Shown here in pieces: positions 40,301-52,400 of a stretch of DNA of 64,000 bases (its first letter is position 1; every line of letters starts with the position of its first letter). Where the stretch lies: assembly GCA_964016885.1 (NCBI GenBank), contig OZ024740.1, positions 404,488,001 to 404,552,000 on the forward strand, read 5' to 3'. The notes beneath the pieces were generated by a model that worked only from the letters and a program-made list of their open reading frames with translations, searched no databases and was not told the DNA's origin. The position numbers and the translations under genes were made by a program. Source of the DNA: Eledone cirrhosa (taxonomy: Eukaryota).

Positions 40301-42815
40301 TGTAGCACCATATGAATGACTGGATTCATCTTCCCTTCATTGTCCAGTCTATTTCTGTATGTCAAGATCCTGATAATGTTGGAGACATTCATCATCATCA
40401 TCATCATTATCTTTATGTTGCCTTTTCCCTGCTGGTATGTGTTGAATGGGACTTTTTGAGGCAATGTTTTATAGCTGGATGCCCTTCCTGACACTAACCA
40501 TTTTATTTGCTTCTTACAACATGCATGGATAGGGTGTACCTATTCTAAACCAGATACATACAATACAAGGAGATAAAGAGAACTCACTCAGAACACGACA
40601 GCTACAGCCCCACTACACTTATTGGTGTCCTCATACCAGCACTCTGGGGAAAATAATATTATTACTATTCTGTGTGTGCTTTTCCTGTTTGTCTCAACTG
40701 AGTAGGAGGGACTGTGTTCTTAGAATGTTGTTGTTGTAATATTTTAGCTGTGTTTGTTCATCTGGCAGTAATTGTACATGTAGTAGCACGGACTGTCAAT
40801 GTTGGAGCTTGCAGCAATAACTGTGCCTCTCATATATCCAAGTGATCTTTTATATTCAATATTTGTGTTTTGTTGTACAGGTAGTCAGTGTGAGTCTATA
40901 CACAACTTGTGATGATGTGAAGTGCATTGTTTTATGTTCTTTATAGTTTATGGCTTGTTATAGAGGGACTGGACACTATATTCAAGCTATCATTGATTAT
41001 TTGTACGAGGTGTGTTAGAAAAGAAACAGGACTGGGAACATAAAAAACAAATATTTCAAATCCAAACAAGTTTTGCCTTTTGAAATAATCCTGCTTGAGT
41101 CACTTTCACATCCTTCTTCGCCATGCCTCCATGCACACCTTGAAGGATTCTTCCAAGATTCTCCAAAGCTCTGCTGTCATGGCCATCTTCATGGCTTCCA
41201 CATCCAGAAAACAGGTCCCCATGACTCATCAGCGGTGGTAGATCTTCCCAGCAAGTCTGGTTTGGTATCAAGACACTCAAGGATGTCCTGACACACCTGT
41301 ATGTGCCACTCTTTCTTGTCATCATTCAACAGCTCTGGCACCATCTTTGTGCAGATCTTCTGCAAGCCCAAATCTTCAGTGATAATCTTCCAAATGTTGT
41401 CGCGGTTCATGCCCAGCTCACTTGCAATCAGTTAAACAGTCAGTCGACGACTGCCACACACCACCTGCCTCACGTGATCAACATTGACTTCAGCTATGCT
41501 TGTTGAAGACCTTCCACTCCTGGGATCATGGTCCACATCCACACGCCCCTTGAAAACCTGTGAGCGTGACCTCATCTCATCTCCGTGCACTTGCAGCAGT
41601 ATTTCTAGTACTTCTGGTAGAGTTTTCCCCAATCGGAGATGAAACTCAAGGTTGGTTCATTGCTCTGTGCCAATCGCTCGGCAGCTTAAAATTGAGGAGC
41701 TGTTAGCAAAAGCGCATGAAAATACATACAACAGCTGCAGAGAGTTGAGATTGCAGTTATATACTCCCCAGGTATTATGTCACATTGTGATGCAACCCGC
41801 TAATTCTTGCCCCATTCATAGTTTACATGGCACACTAGGTCCTGTTACATATACATCTCATAGATCAATTGTGCTGGCTGAGTCCTGCAAGTATATTTTG
41901 CCAGCGTTTTGTTTGTTTTCTCTATGTCTACTATGTATGTGGTGTATCAATATGGTTAAATGATATGGTTGGTGGTAAGCTATGTTCTCTAGCGTTGCAG
42001 ATAAGGGTGCTGGTTATTTTGTCTAGTGAGTGAAACTGGAGACAGAAACTATTTGGAACCCTTTCGGTTGGCCTATAACTGAAATTTAAAGGGCAAACTT
42101 TGTCACTGAATCCCCCCGAGAAATACGTTAACTGTACACGTATATGTGGAATACTCAGCCACTTACACGTTAATATCATGAGCAGACTATTCCGTTGATC
42201 GAACAACTGGAACACTCATAATCGAAATAAATGGGTTCCAGGTGTGTGTGTCCTGAAACCTGAATCGAACAGTCATTCTTTATACACACCTGTAACGAAG
42301 TCATACATAGGGTCACAATATGAAAGATTAAACAGGTTTTAAGGGAATAAAACTGCGTTTATTACAATGTTCCAGTTTATATTTTTAAAAAAAGGGAAAA
42401 TGTTAATCGTCTTCTGATGTTTTCAACTTATATCAGATTCCTGCGTTTTAGCTCATCAGTTAACAATTAATCAAAATATTGTAAATATGAAAATAAATTC
42501 TTTAAAAAAAAACAATTAACTCCACATTAAATGCATATAAATTAAATGTGCCGTTATTGAAAAATATTGGAATAGTTGTTTGTGTATATCAGGTGAACTA
42601 GGGAAAAAAACTAATAAAGACGGCAATAATAACTGAAGGACGAAGCTTCCAAGGTTGTGGACAAAACTATCGCACATAATATCGTATCAGCGATTTTTGT
42701 GGAGATTAATTTTGGGATTAAAATATAAATTTGTATTCATTTATTCATATTAAATTATAAATAATTGACTTTTACCTGAACGTCCAGTTGAATAAAGCTT
42801 TAAATAACTCGTCAT
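24948..42815 (-). CDS. NDUFS8: NADH dehydrogenase [ubiquinone] Fe-S protein 8 (TYKY/NuoI homologue); complement(join(24948..25079,26618..26746,29009..29181,37519..37608,38762..38824,42776..42815)); 627 nt, 208 aa
   Basis: Spliced product [16 protein letters not shown]...[52 protein letters not shown]...[44 protein letters not shown]...ADYLYR*. It has two CxxCxxCxxxCP motifs; all introns are GT-AG and in phase. Confidence 0.96.
25681..26373. mobile_element. RTE fragment with a 5' inversion (25681-25983 on -, 25979-26373 on +)
   Basis: The - part encodes the RT N-terminus ([28 protein letters not shown]). The + part encodes the C-terminus ([25 protein letters not shown]) and ends in a (GAGTCT)n tail. 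Confidence 0.8.
26618..26746 (-). CDS. NDUFS8: NDUFS8 exon 5 (AITIEAE...[18 protein letters not shown])
   Basis: Second 4Fe-4S motif; ag/gt boundaries; 43 codons. Confidence 0.96.
29009..29181 (-). CDS. NDUFS8: NDUFS8 exon 4 (...[10 protein letters not shown]...[14 protein letters not shown])
   Basis: First 4Fe-4S motif; cctttccag acceptor and CAG|gtaac donor. Confidence 0.96.
29360..29722 (-). mobile_element. CORE-type SINE, same family, with a duplicated AAAAGCACCCAGC module
   Basis: Aligns with the 13792 and 54840 copies. Confidence 0.8.
30040..30560. mobile_element. Rearranged RTE/BovB-like 3' fragments
   Basis: + strand [21 protein letters not shown]; - strand zinc-finger-like tail; duplicated terminal segment. 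Confidence 0.55.
30703..32615 (-). mobile_element. 5'-truncated RTE family A copy (open RT-PHD frame), inserted into an older 3'-tail fragment
   Basis: ORF 31005..32639 is nearly identical to the copy at 33697; same 3' UTR; (CAT)n tail at 30703-30722. Confidence 0.93.
32686..33450 (+). repeat. 408-bp-period tandem duplication upstream of the full-length RTE ORF
   Basis: taattcattcaatctgaaaat at 32686 and 33094; near-identical spurious ORFs at 32844 and 33252. Confidence 0.9.
33697..37127 (+). mobile_element. Near full-length young RTE-clade LINE (family A): APE endonuclease, RT with inserted PHD finger, 3' UTR, (GAT)n tail; in NDUFS8 intron 3
   Basis: APE motifs (GTINV, VQETRW, AYAPQ, GDFNGH, SQH) and RT motifs ([21 protein letters not shown]). 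Premature TAA at 35533 and a frameshift near 36040. The 5' UTR probably extends to about 32686. Confidence 0.93.
37139..37222. repeat. Perfect 40-bp inverted repeat with a 4-nt loop
   Basis: ataggaacaagtaagaccccgacggctgagctcaagccgt-ttcg-acggcttgagctcagccgtcggggtcttacttgttcctat. Confidence 0.95.
37519..37608 (-). CDS. NDUFS8: NDUFS8 exon 3 ([29 protein letters not shown])
   Basis: Resembles the metazoan EP-M---TDRAA-T--W-E segment; ctttccag and gtaag boundaries, phase 1-1. Confidence 0.88.
38211..38302. repeat. Minisatellite with a ~27-30-bp unit (aaagttactgtgtatgttacag..)
   Basis: Three to four direct copies. Confidence 0.85.
38762..38824 (-). CDS. NDUFS8: NDUFS8 exon 2 (transit-peptide region)
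   Basis: ttcttttatag acceptor, gtaagt donor, phase 1-1, open frame. The sequence is poorly conserved, so the call rests on splice logic. Confidence 0.7.
41004..41862 (-). mobile_element. Internally deleted, degraded mariner transposon in NDUFS8 intron 1
   Basis: [26 protein letters not shown] and TTADESW fragments; degenerate TIRs tacgaggtgtgttagaaaagaaacaggac and gtcctgttac..acatctcata; TA ends. Confidence 0.8.
42776..42815 (-). CDS. NDUFS8: NDUFS8 exon 1 ([13 protein letters not shown])
   Basis: ATG at 42815, CAG|gtaaa donor, phase 1 fits exon 2; lies next to the DDX52 promoter. Confidence 0.72.
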
Positions 42816-43357
42816 ATTTGCGACAAGAACGTCCCCAAACTGTTGGCTCAAGGGAGTTAACTCACAACATGAGTTTCGTTTCGGTGTTAATTTAAAATAT
42901 GGAATACTTCAAGGAACATAATTATTATGGTTTCTGATGTAGGCACAAGGCCAGCAATTTTGGGTGTCGATTAAATCGACCTCAGTAGGACTGGTACTTT
43001 ATTTTATCAACTGCGTAAGGATTAAATATTTATTCAGAGAGAAATATTGGAAGAGGGGAATTATTTCTGAATAACCTTTCTATTCTTATATGACAAGTAC
43101 ATCTATAATTAGTAAAAAGTTAAAACATTTTAAATGAAGTGTTCCAAATATCAAATGAAAACATTAATTAGATTTATGATACAATTTTAATATAATTTGT
43201 AATTTCAGTACTAAACATTAATTATATTATTTTTCATTGTTTCTGAAACCTGGCAAATATTTTATCAGATATAGCCATTCTCTTCTCGCGAATCAAATAA
43301 TTGGAAGGTAAAATGAAAATGTGAACACCGGTTCGCACATGTGTTTTGACTGTCAAC
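42816..43357. promoter_or_regulatory. Putative bidirectional promoter shared by NDUFS8 and DDX52
   Basis: Divergent ATGs 542 bp apart; locally more CpG; TCTCGCGA motif at 43284-43291. Confidence 0.65.
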
Positions 43358-43444
43358 ATGGATGGCCATTCTTTATTCCGACTCCTTGGAGTTGGGGCGA
43401 AATTTGATTTAACCCGCTTCAAATCTGATGCTCAAAAACTTAAG
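43358..43444 (+). CDS. DDX52: DDX52 exon 1
   Basis: [29 protein letters not shown]; AAG|gtaat donor. Confidence 0.9.
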
Positions 43445-46400
43445 GTAATTCTTAGAATATTCATTTTACGTTGTCAATTATATATACTTAAAAATAACAC
43501 TCAATCTAACAGTCAACGTGCCGTTCATTCAAATGGTTCTAACAGATTTTGTAAGTGTAGAGTATTTATGTTAACTGTTAACAGATATTTTACTGATTCA
43601 TCTATAATAAATTTCTTTCACATATATATACCGTACTAAAAAAAAATTATGACGCAAGAAAGACCCACACCACAACAAGGGTCGCTGGAGCTTCTTTATT
43701 ACAATTTTTAAGGCGAGCCAACACAGCATAGCCACGTTATCAAGAAATTGCAATTGATTCTCTATTTCTTTTCACAATTATATTCGGCTATTATATTCTT
43801 GTTATTCTAATATTTTATAATTATTGAAAATCGGTATTAGTTAGCTGACCATAGAAACATTTTATCTTTATGAACGAATTAATTATTCTCAGTACACTAA
43901 TTATTGTTTATCACAGGTCTCCCTAATTTACTAAATCGATTCTTCCTCTCTGTCTTCTTTTCACTTCCTCACTATCATTATCTCTCCTTCTCCAGAAGAG
44001 ATCTGCTGTGTAGAGGGAATGGGCTCTGTCAGGTACAAAATGCCCAAGACATATGCACCTAAATGGCCCACAAAGGAATACTGTCCCAACATCTGAGACA
44101 GGACAGTTATTAGGCACAAGCAACTTAGACTCTTAACTATAGTAAAAACAGTATTTATCAGTTTCTCCAAAACTCCATTTATGATTAATTTATTCTTTTA
44201 TATCTTTTTCAGTTGATCAAGACCGAAAAAAACAAACCTGAAGCTGATTCTACATTGGTACCAACTTCTGCTAGCAACACAGAACTACCAAAGAAAAAGA
44301 GATCTAGAAAGGATGAAGGTAACGTTAATAATAAAATTATTATTATGAGAGAAACAGAGAAAGTAAAGAAACAGGAAATATGTGGCTAGAGATAACAGAG
44401 GAGGAAATGAAAGCCAAGATGGAGAGACTTGTCATGGGGCCGGCAAAGCTAACCCCTACTTTAGCATGGACAGTTACCTTAACTCTTTAGCATTTACATT
44501 ATATATAATATTGTATTTTCGTGGTAAAGGCTTTATCTCACATAATATCGAATCTGAGATTTTGATATTAATGTTGATAACAATACCTTAACATCAGTAT
44601 GAGTGGCCAGTTATGGCTGATTTGAACAGAAAGAGGTGAGAGAATTCTGGCCGGATACAGATGGTTTAAAACGCTTATTGAATTGTTAGCATATAAGATA
44701 AGTAAACTCTCGATAAGCAGAGTCCACACTGATTTCCAGTTGAAATAATTTCATACATCTTGTTTTCATCTTTAGAAGACTAATGGTGTCATTAATGTTG
44801 ACTCATACAAAACATTGTCAGTGTTAGGATAACCTTTTTCCAGGTTTGATGTAAGGGGCATGTATTAAGTATGGAGCTATTTTCTACTTCATTGATGGGT
44901 ACACAAGAGATGTAGCGGGATCTCAGGAAGCTTAATTAAGAATGTAGGATTCACATGCAGCAGCTGTGCTGAAACAGTAAGCAGCAAACAGCCACAGGAA
45001 ACAAGTACCACCAATCTCTGGGAGGGCCCTGTAGAAACAGTAGACAGCTTCTGCTACCTAGGTGACCGAATTAGCAACGGAGGTAGGTGTTCAGAAAGTA
45101 CAATAACTAGGGTAAGAACGGGATGGAAGAAGTTTAGGGAACTACTACCACTGCTAGCTGCAAAAGGCTTCTCCCTCAGAATGAAAGGCAGACTGTATGA
45201 TGCGTGTATCCGAACAGCGATGTTGCATGGTAGTGAGACCTGGGCGCTGAAGGTGGAAGACTTACGTAGATTAGAGAGAAACGAAGCCTGCATGCTCCGA
45301 TGGATGTGTAACAGTAATATACGTGAACGACAAAGCATAAATGAATTGAGAGAGAGACTGAGCATAAGAAGAATCAAATGCTGTGTGCAGGAGAGGCGGT
45401 TGCGCTGGTATGGACAGGTGATGCGTATGAAGGATGACAGCTGCATAAAAAGGTGCAGAGCACTAGAAGTTGATGGAAACCGCGGAGTGGGGAGACCCAA
45501 GATGACCTGGCATGAGGTGATAAAAGCCGACCTTACCCAATTACACCCCTCAAAGACAATGACACACGACCGTGACTTCTGGCGTCACGCAGTAATACAG
45601 AGTACCCGACCTCCCACGGGTACATGCTGAAGCATATAAACAATATGCCCCCACACACCCCACCGCAAGGTGGTCGTGGAGGTGCCACGGCAAAAAAGCA
45701 CCCAGCCCACACTAAAGTGGACGTGTAGGCGCCACGAAAAAGCACCCAGCACTCACTGTAAATGAGGTTGGTGTTAGGAAGGGCATCCAGCTGTAGAAAT
45801 CAAGCCAGATCAGTTCCTGTATGAGCAAGGCCTGGTCAGCCGACCAGACACTGCACACAACAGGACAACCCGTCTAACCCATGCTAGCGTGGAAGAACGG
45901 ACGTAAAACGGTGATGATGATGATGATGTAAAGTACATGTGTCTGACTTAAATGTAATCCTTTTGTTGGGTGATGATATGAACCTTCTTTGGTATTGAGG
46001 ATGAGTGCTCCAGTTGTTGGAACAATGGAACTGTCTTTTCATGAAATTAACATGTAAGTGGCTGAGCATTCCACAGACACATGTACACTTGACATAATTC
46101 TCAGGGAGATTCAGCTTCACACATTCAGTGACAAAGCTGGCTCTTTGTATTTCACATACAGGCCACCCAACAGGTTTCCAAGCAGTTTCTGTCCACCTAG
46201 TTTCACTCACTAGACAAAATCACTAACTCCCTTCTTATCTGCAACACTAGAGAACATCACTTACAACCAACCATCACATTTAACAACATTGACACACCAC
46301 ATACATAGTAGACAGAGAGAAAACAGAAACAAAACGCTGCCCAAATATACATACAGCACTAAGCACAATTGTTTAACACATTAATGTACAAACAACACAT

Positions 46401-49400
46401 TTATTCCATGATACATTATATCTGTCCAGCTTGAAACCTCCAGTCTTTCTATAACAAGCCTTAAACTATAAAGAACATAAAACAATGCACTTCACATCAT
46501 CACAAGTTATGCATAGACTCACACTGACTACCTGCACAACAAAACACGAATATTGAATATAAAAGATCACTTGGATATATGAGAGGCACAATTATTGCTG
46601 CAAGCTCCAACATTAACAGACCCTGCTACTACATGTACAATTACTGCCAAATGAACAAACACTTCTAAGAACACTCAGTCAAGAAATACAGGAAAAGGCA
46701 AGTTGGGTCAGATCACCGTGTCTTGCTCATACAGAACTGTTTCTGGCTAGGTTTCTACAGCAGGATGCCCTTCCTAACACCAACCACATTTACAGTGTGT
46801 GCTGGGTGCTTTTTGTCGTGACTCCTACACAACCACTACAATGTGGACAGTTCTTTTTCAATAATGAAGCATAATCCAATGATGGTAATTTCTGTTTTTT
46901 TTTTGTTTTTTTTACTAGAACTGGATGATGATGAAGATGATATTCTTTTATATAAGCAACAAAAGAAAGTACAAAAGACAGACTCTGATAAAGGAAAGTC
47001 CGTGAAGAAATCTAAAATTAAAGATTCATTGGTATGTATATGAAACACATTATATTTTGCTGATACACATTTATTAACCCTTTAGCTTTTGCATTACTCT
47101 ATATTTACTATTATATTTTCATGGTAAACACTTTATCTCACATAATATAGAATCTACGAGATTTTGATATTATTTATTTTGAGAACAATACCTTAACATA
47201 AGTATGAGCAGATGGTTACGGCCAGTTTGAACAGAAAAATGTGAGAGAATTCTGGCCAGATACAGCCGGTTTAAATGCTAAAGGGTTAAACTTCGTTACT
47301 TGAGATCTCGAAAAGTTTGAACTAATTGAAACATCTTGCCATACAAACAATTTTGATACAATTGTCATAATTTAATATCAATATTCAAGCAGAACTACTG
47401 GCAACTCAGACAGACTAGGGACTAGCATTATCATCATCATCATCACTGTTTAACATCTATTTCCTACACTTGCATGGATTAGACAAATTGTCACATTATG
47501 AAGCAAGTCAGATCAGGTGACTTTGTCTTGCTCATATAGAACCGTTTGCTTGGTTTCTACGGCTGGATGCCATTCCTAATGCCAATTATGTTACAGTGTA
47601 AACTGGGTGCCGTTTATCATGGCACCAAAACGACAATTAACAGAGTTGACTGAAGATTGTTTTGTCATGTCACCAGCACAACCACCTTACAGGGTAAACT
47701 GGGTGCATTTTTGTTGTGCATTTCTGTACACTACCAAGTACTTAGAAGAGTCAGAGGTCTGCATTATGCTTGCATACATTCTTGCACTCTGGCACCAGCA
47801 CTAGTGAGGTTGTTGTATCTTTGTCACAGCTAAAGAGTCCTTCCAACCCTGTTTCATAGTTTTCTACTAGAAAATAAACAGTAAAAGCAGGCAACAACTT
47901 GGTAGATTCATGAGAGTATCAGACAAAATATAGTATTTGTTCTGAGCCTCTTCACCTTGAGATGAAATGTTGCTGAGGTCACCATTATCTATGATTCTTT
48001 CAAGGTCAATAAAATAAGCTATCAGTCCAAAGTGATGGATTGGTGGAATGGTTTGAGAATCAGACATTTTGCAGTATTTATTCCTGCTCTTTCTGTTCTC
48101 AGTTCAAATCTCAGTGTAGCCTACATGGATGTTAGACTTAGACATTTCTCATTTAACACCTCCAGCTAGCTCTTGAGTGCCTTTAGATGAGTCCACTTTG
48201 TTGCAAATATTCAGACAAGGTCTTCAGTTTGAGGATCCCTTCTTCCCTCCCACCAGTCTCCAAGACCCTGAAAAGGGTCATGGATGCTGCCCTTCTTTCC
48301 CTAAACAGTAAAAAAATATTCTGTATACTTTCTTCTGTGTTATATCTACCAATTCCCACCAACGCCATCTTTGCTTCTCGTCGTTCCAGGGCCAATAAAA
48401 TAAAATCAAGTGTTGGGACTGGTGTAATTGACCTTTCATTCTCCTCAAAATTGCTCACCTTATTCCTAACTTAGAAACCATTATCATCACCATCATATCT
48501 CCACTTTTCCATGCTTGTATCTGCTAATAAAATTATATTCCGACAGAACTATATTTTTCTCTTCCTTATTTTTACGGTGGATTGGCAGTATAGGTAGAGT
48601 GTCGGATGCCATGCTTTCCATCATAGTAACGTCCCTTTACGATCTGAGTTCAAATCCCGCCGAGGTTAACTTTGCCTTTCATCCTTACGAGGTCGATAAA
48701 ATAAAGTACCAGTAATGTACTGGGTAATTGCTGGCCTTGTGCCAAAAGTAGAAACAATTATTTTTATTATCTATATGATAATACTTTATTATATTATTTG
48801 TTTACATTACTAGGTAATTCAGACTCGCAAGAAAAATAAAATCCATGCACATGGTTTTGATGTACCACCACCAGTAACAGATTTTGACAAATTGAAAGAC
48901 TACGGCTTCCATCCACGACTCTTGGAAAATGTAAAAAAAGTTGACTACACCAAACCCACTTCCATTCAAATGCAAGCGATACCAGTAATGATGCGTGTAA
49001 GTAAAAACTTTCTCCTCTTCAAGATATGTTGAGTTACTATACATTAACCCTTTTGACATATTTCTAATAAAATATATTGTCTGTGATTTTTAGTTAATTT
49101 TAAAAGCAATAAAAATATTTGAGGGATTTAGTAAAACAACTGATTTTCTCATTATCAAGTTGGTGTTTAGAATATAAATAATTTAACCATTTTCATACCA
49201 AACCATCTGAAACTGCCCTTGGTTCTATGATATATAATTATTTGTTATATCTTAACTATAATAAAGGAAGTCTGCAGGATTGCGTCCAGAATATATTTTT
49301 TTACCCCGTTTGTAAAATAATTTGGATTACTTTGAATAAATAATGAATGAATATTACATATTTATGTGCTAAATTTCATGGCTGGTGATTAAATATATTT

Positions 49401-52400
49401 TATAGTTTATTTAAAGATCTTTAAAATTATCAAATGTCAACACTTCCGGTTAGCGGCCGTTATATTATAACACTTATAATCGTATATATTTCCATCGCTA
49501 ATTTTCTCCTAATGCACTTTATGCAATTTTTTGTAATATATCATGGATTACTGATTACAGAAGACAGTGTAACATAGGCTTTGTTCAATTTCTGTGTATA
49601 TTGTCAATTACGATTTTATTTGATGTATCATATTTACATGCATATATATTTGTGTATAATATCAATATACACACTACACATGCTAGCAGAAAACCACCCG
49701 TAGGGTGGTTTTTCTGCTAGTTTATCTAAAAACCTATTGTAATTTCATGTAACAACCTTCAAACTTCAACTTAGTAATGATAAAATTAATTATTTTACTC
49801 TCCAAATTCTTGATTATTTTGGGTTATGTGACACCATTTAAAGGATAGATTAAAAAACAAACCATGTAGTGATGAAACTAAATAGGTGTGTAATACATGA
49901 ATGACTTACATTGCATTGAGAATGAGGAAGAAAATAGGAAAACATGATAATATATAAACAGACATTGCATTTGCTTTTATCTTTATAAACAGCAGTTGAA
50001 AGATATGAATTTTTCTTGTAATGGTAAACTTAATACATTACTCGGTTTAACACCACTTTCTATTACTTGAGTGTTTTTAGCAGAGTCCTCTCTGTTGCAA
50101 GCATTTGAGTTAGGTCTCTGGTTTGAGGACCACTTGGTGGCTTTGAAAGGTGTCATGAGAATTGCCCTTCTCTCCCCAGCTAAACTGAAAATTAAAAAAA
50201 AAAATGATATTGGTTAATTCTTTGACTCCTGAAATTTACTGCTATATATTTTTTTTCCCAGAGACGAGAGATTATGGCATGTGCTCCAACTGGTTCTGGT
50301 AAGACAGCAGCATTTGCATTGCCTGTTTTGAATTATCTTAAAGAACCCAGAAATAGTGGTTTAAGATCTGTGATACTAGCCCCTACACGAGAACTCTCCA
50401 ATCAGGTATTTTTATTCATATTATTGTTTTATTATGTGTTACAAATTACTATTTTCTTTTTATAATCATCATTTTATGTCTGTTTTCCATGATGACATGA
50501 GTTGGAGTAATCGGAGAACCAAGACTTGTTCATGTTTCATATTTTTGGCATGGTTTCTGTGGCTGAGTGCCCATTCACATGCCAGCCACTTACAGAGTGT
50601 AATAGGGGCATTTTATCATGATACCAAAACTAATAATTCACAGAGTGTACCAAGTGCATTTTATCATGATGCTAGACTACCATTTGTCAGAGTGTACTGG
50701 GTGCATTTTATTGTAACACCAATCATTGTCATATTGATCTTTTGAATCTGTGACACTAAGCACTTTAGGATTGGTGCACCTCAAATGAAAAGGTGCAAAG
50801 CCTTACTAACAAGAAATAGATCTAACTTAATTTCACATTTCTTTTTAAGCATAATACTAACCTAACATCTTTCATAGAAGTTGTGTGTAGCATTGTTTTC
50901 ATCTAATTTCTTTATTTTTCAATAGTTATGCTGCTTGTTTAACAAGCTTCTGTAACTCAAGTCTTTATAATAAACCCATAAGCTTTTCGTTATCAACTGT
51001 ATTTTGTTATTTAATTAGTGTATCTATGATAGAGCCAGGAGCCCTTAATAAAAACACCCAAGAAGCCTGAGTTGCAACCTCATGGGAAGTCAGCTAGATC
51101 TGCATATGTGTGAGCTGTAACTAACAACAAAACAAATAGAATTATATTGTTACAGGGTCATTAGATGGATTTCTATTTTTACTGATTTTAGATTGTATAA
51201 TCTGCATTTTATTTCTAACTAGCAGAAGTGCTCGGCGTTGCTCGGGGCTCGGCCTCTTCATTTTCTACCAATGGCAGCGAACGTGTTGTTACAAAAGTTC
51301 ATGCTTTGTGAAAACAGAATAGATGCCCTATGGAGGAAAGAGGGGGATTAAGCATGGGAAAGTAAATACGGGTAATTTTAAAAATATACAACAATAGCAT
51401 CTACTTACCATATGTCAGACCGGCAAGACTGTAGTGGTGCTGAATAGATCACAACACCTCCTTCGTAGAGATGTATCAAATGATCTGTTGCTTTTGAATA
51501 CTTTGTATTTGATGGAGAATGTAATGGTGTAAAATATAATGGTGGGAGAGAGGAGGTATGTATTTAGTTTTATTGAGTTTTTAAGTTGCGTTATTTGATG
51601 TAAATTGTAATGGCGTGTAAGAGATAGTTACGGCATGTAATTAGTTTTATACCTTTGTTTCATTGATCGATGTTATGACTACATTTGTTGTATAAAATGA
51701 TATGTTGCTTAGTATTCAAATTGTATGTTGCGATTCTGTTGTAGTTGATGTAAACTGTAAGATGGAGGGGGGAGATGTATCATGTACGTCGGACATAGAA
51801 GATGAGCATGATGCTGTGCTGACGAAGGGAGGGAAATAGCTGAGCGGATGCCAGGTGTTGGTGAAGTGTAAAGTAATAGCAGAGATGTTTGGGAGTGTGA
51901 AGTGCACTGCAGTGAAGTTTAACCTACACCTACTTAGAAACTACTGATGAAAAGGCAAAAGTTATAAAATTAGGAAGCGAAGTAATCCGATAAAACTTCC
52001 TTGTACACAATGTTTTGTGTTTTTCCTTGTGGAACGAATGCGAAAGCATCACTGTTGCTACCCACACGCGAGCAGCCAACGTAAAGCTGGCCATGAGAGA
52101 CACTGTCACGGCTTTGAAGAACTATGTCTCGCTTATTGTGCTGTTCACCATGGAGAACTACAGCCACTTCATTGCACGAAGGAGTGTTATAACGGCGTGC
52201 GTGCTCTCCAGAAGGTCTTTTGTCAGCATCGATGACAATCGTGAAGTTTGGTGAAGGAGCTGTTTCCAAGGCGTATTTAAAACTGCAAATATAGCTGTTG
52301 TGCTCATGAAGCATGTTTTGCAGACTGAGCAGCACGTCCCTGTCAAAGTTGTCAGCGTCATTGTTTGCAGGTGGTGGAATAACGCCAAACCGCACATCAA

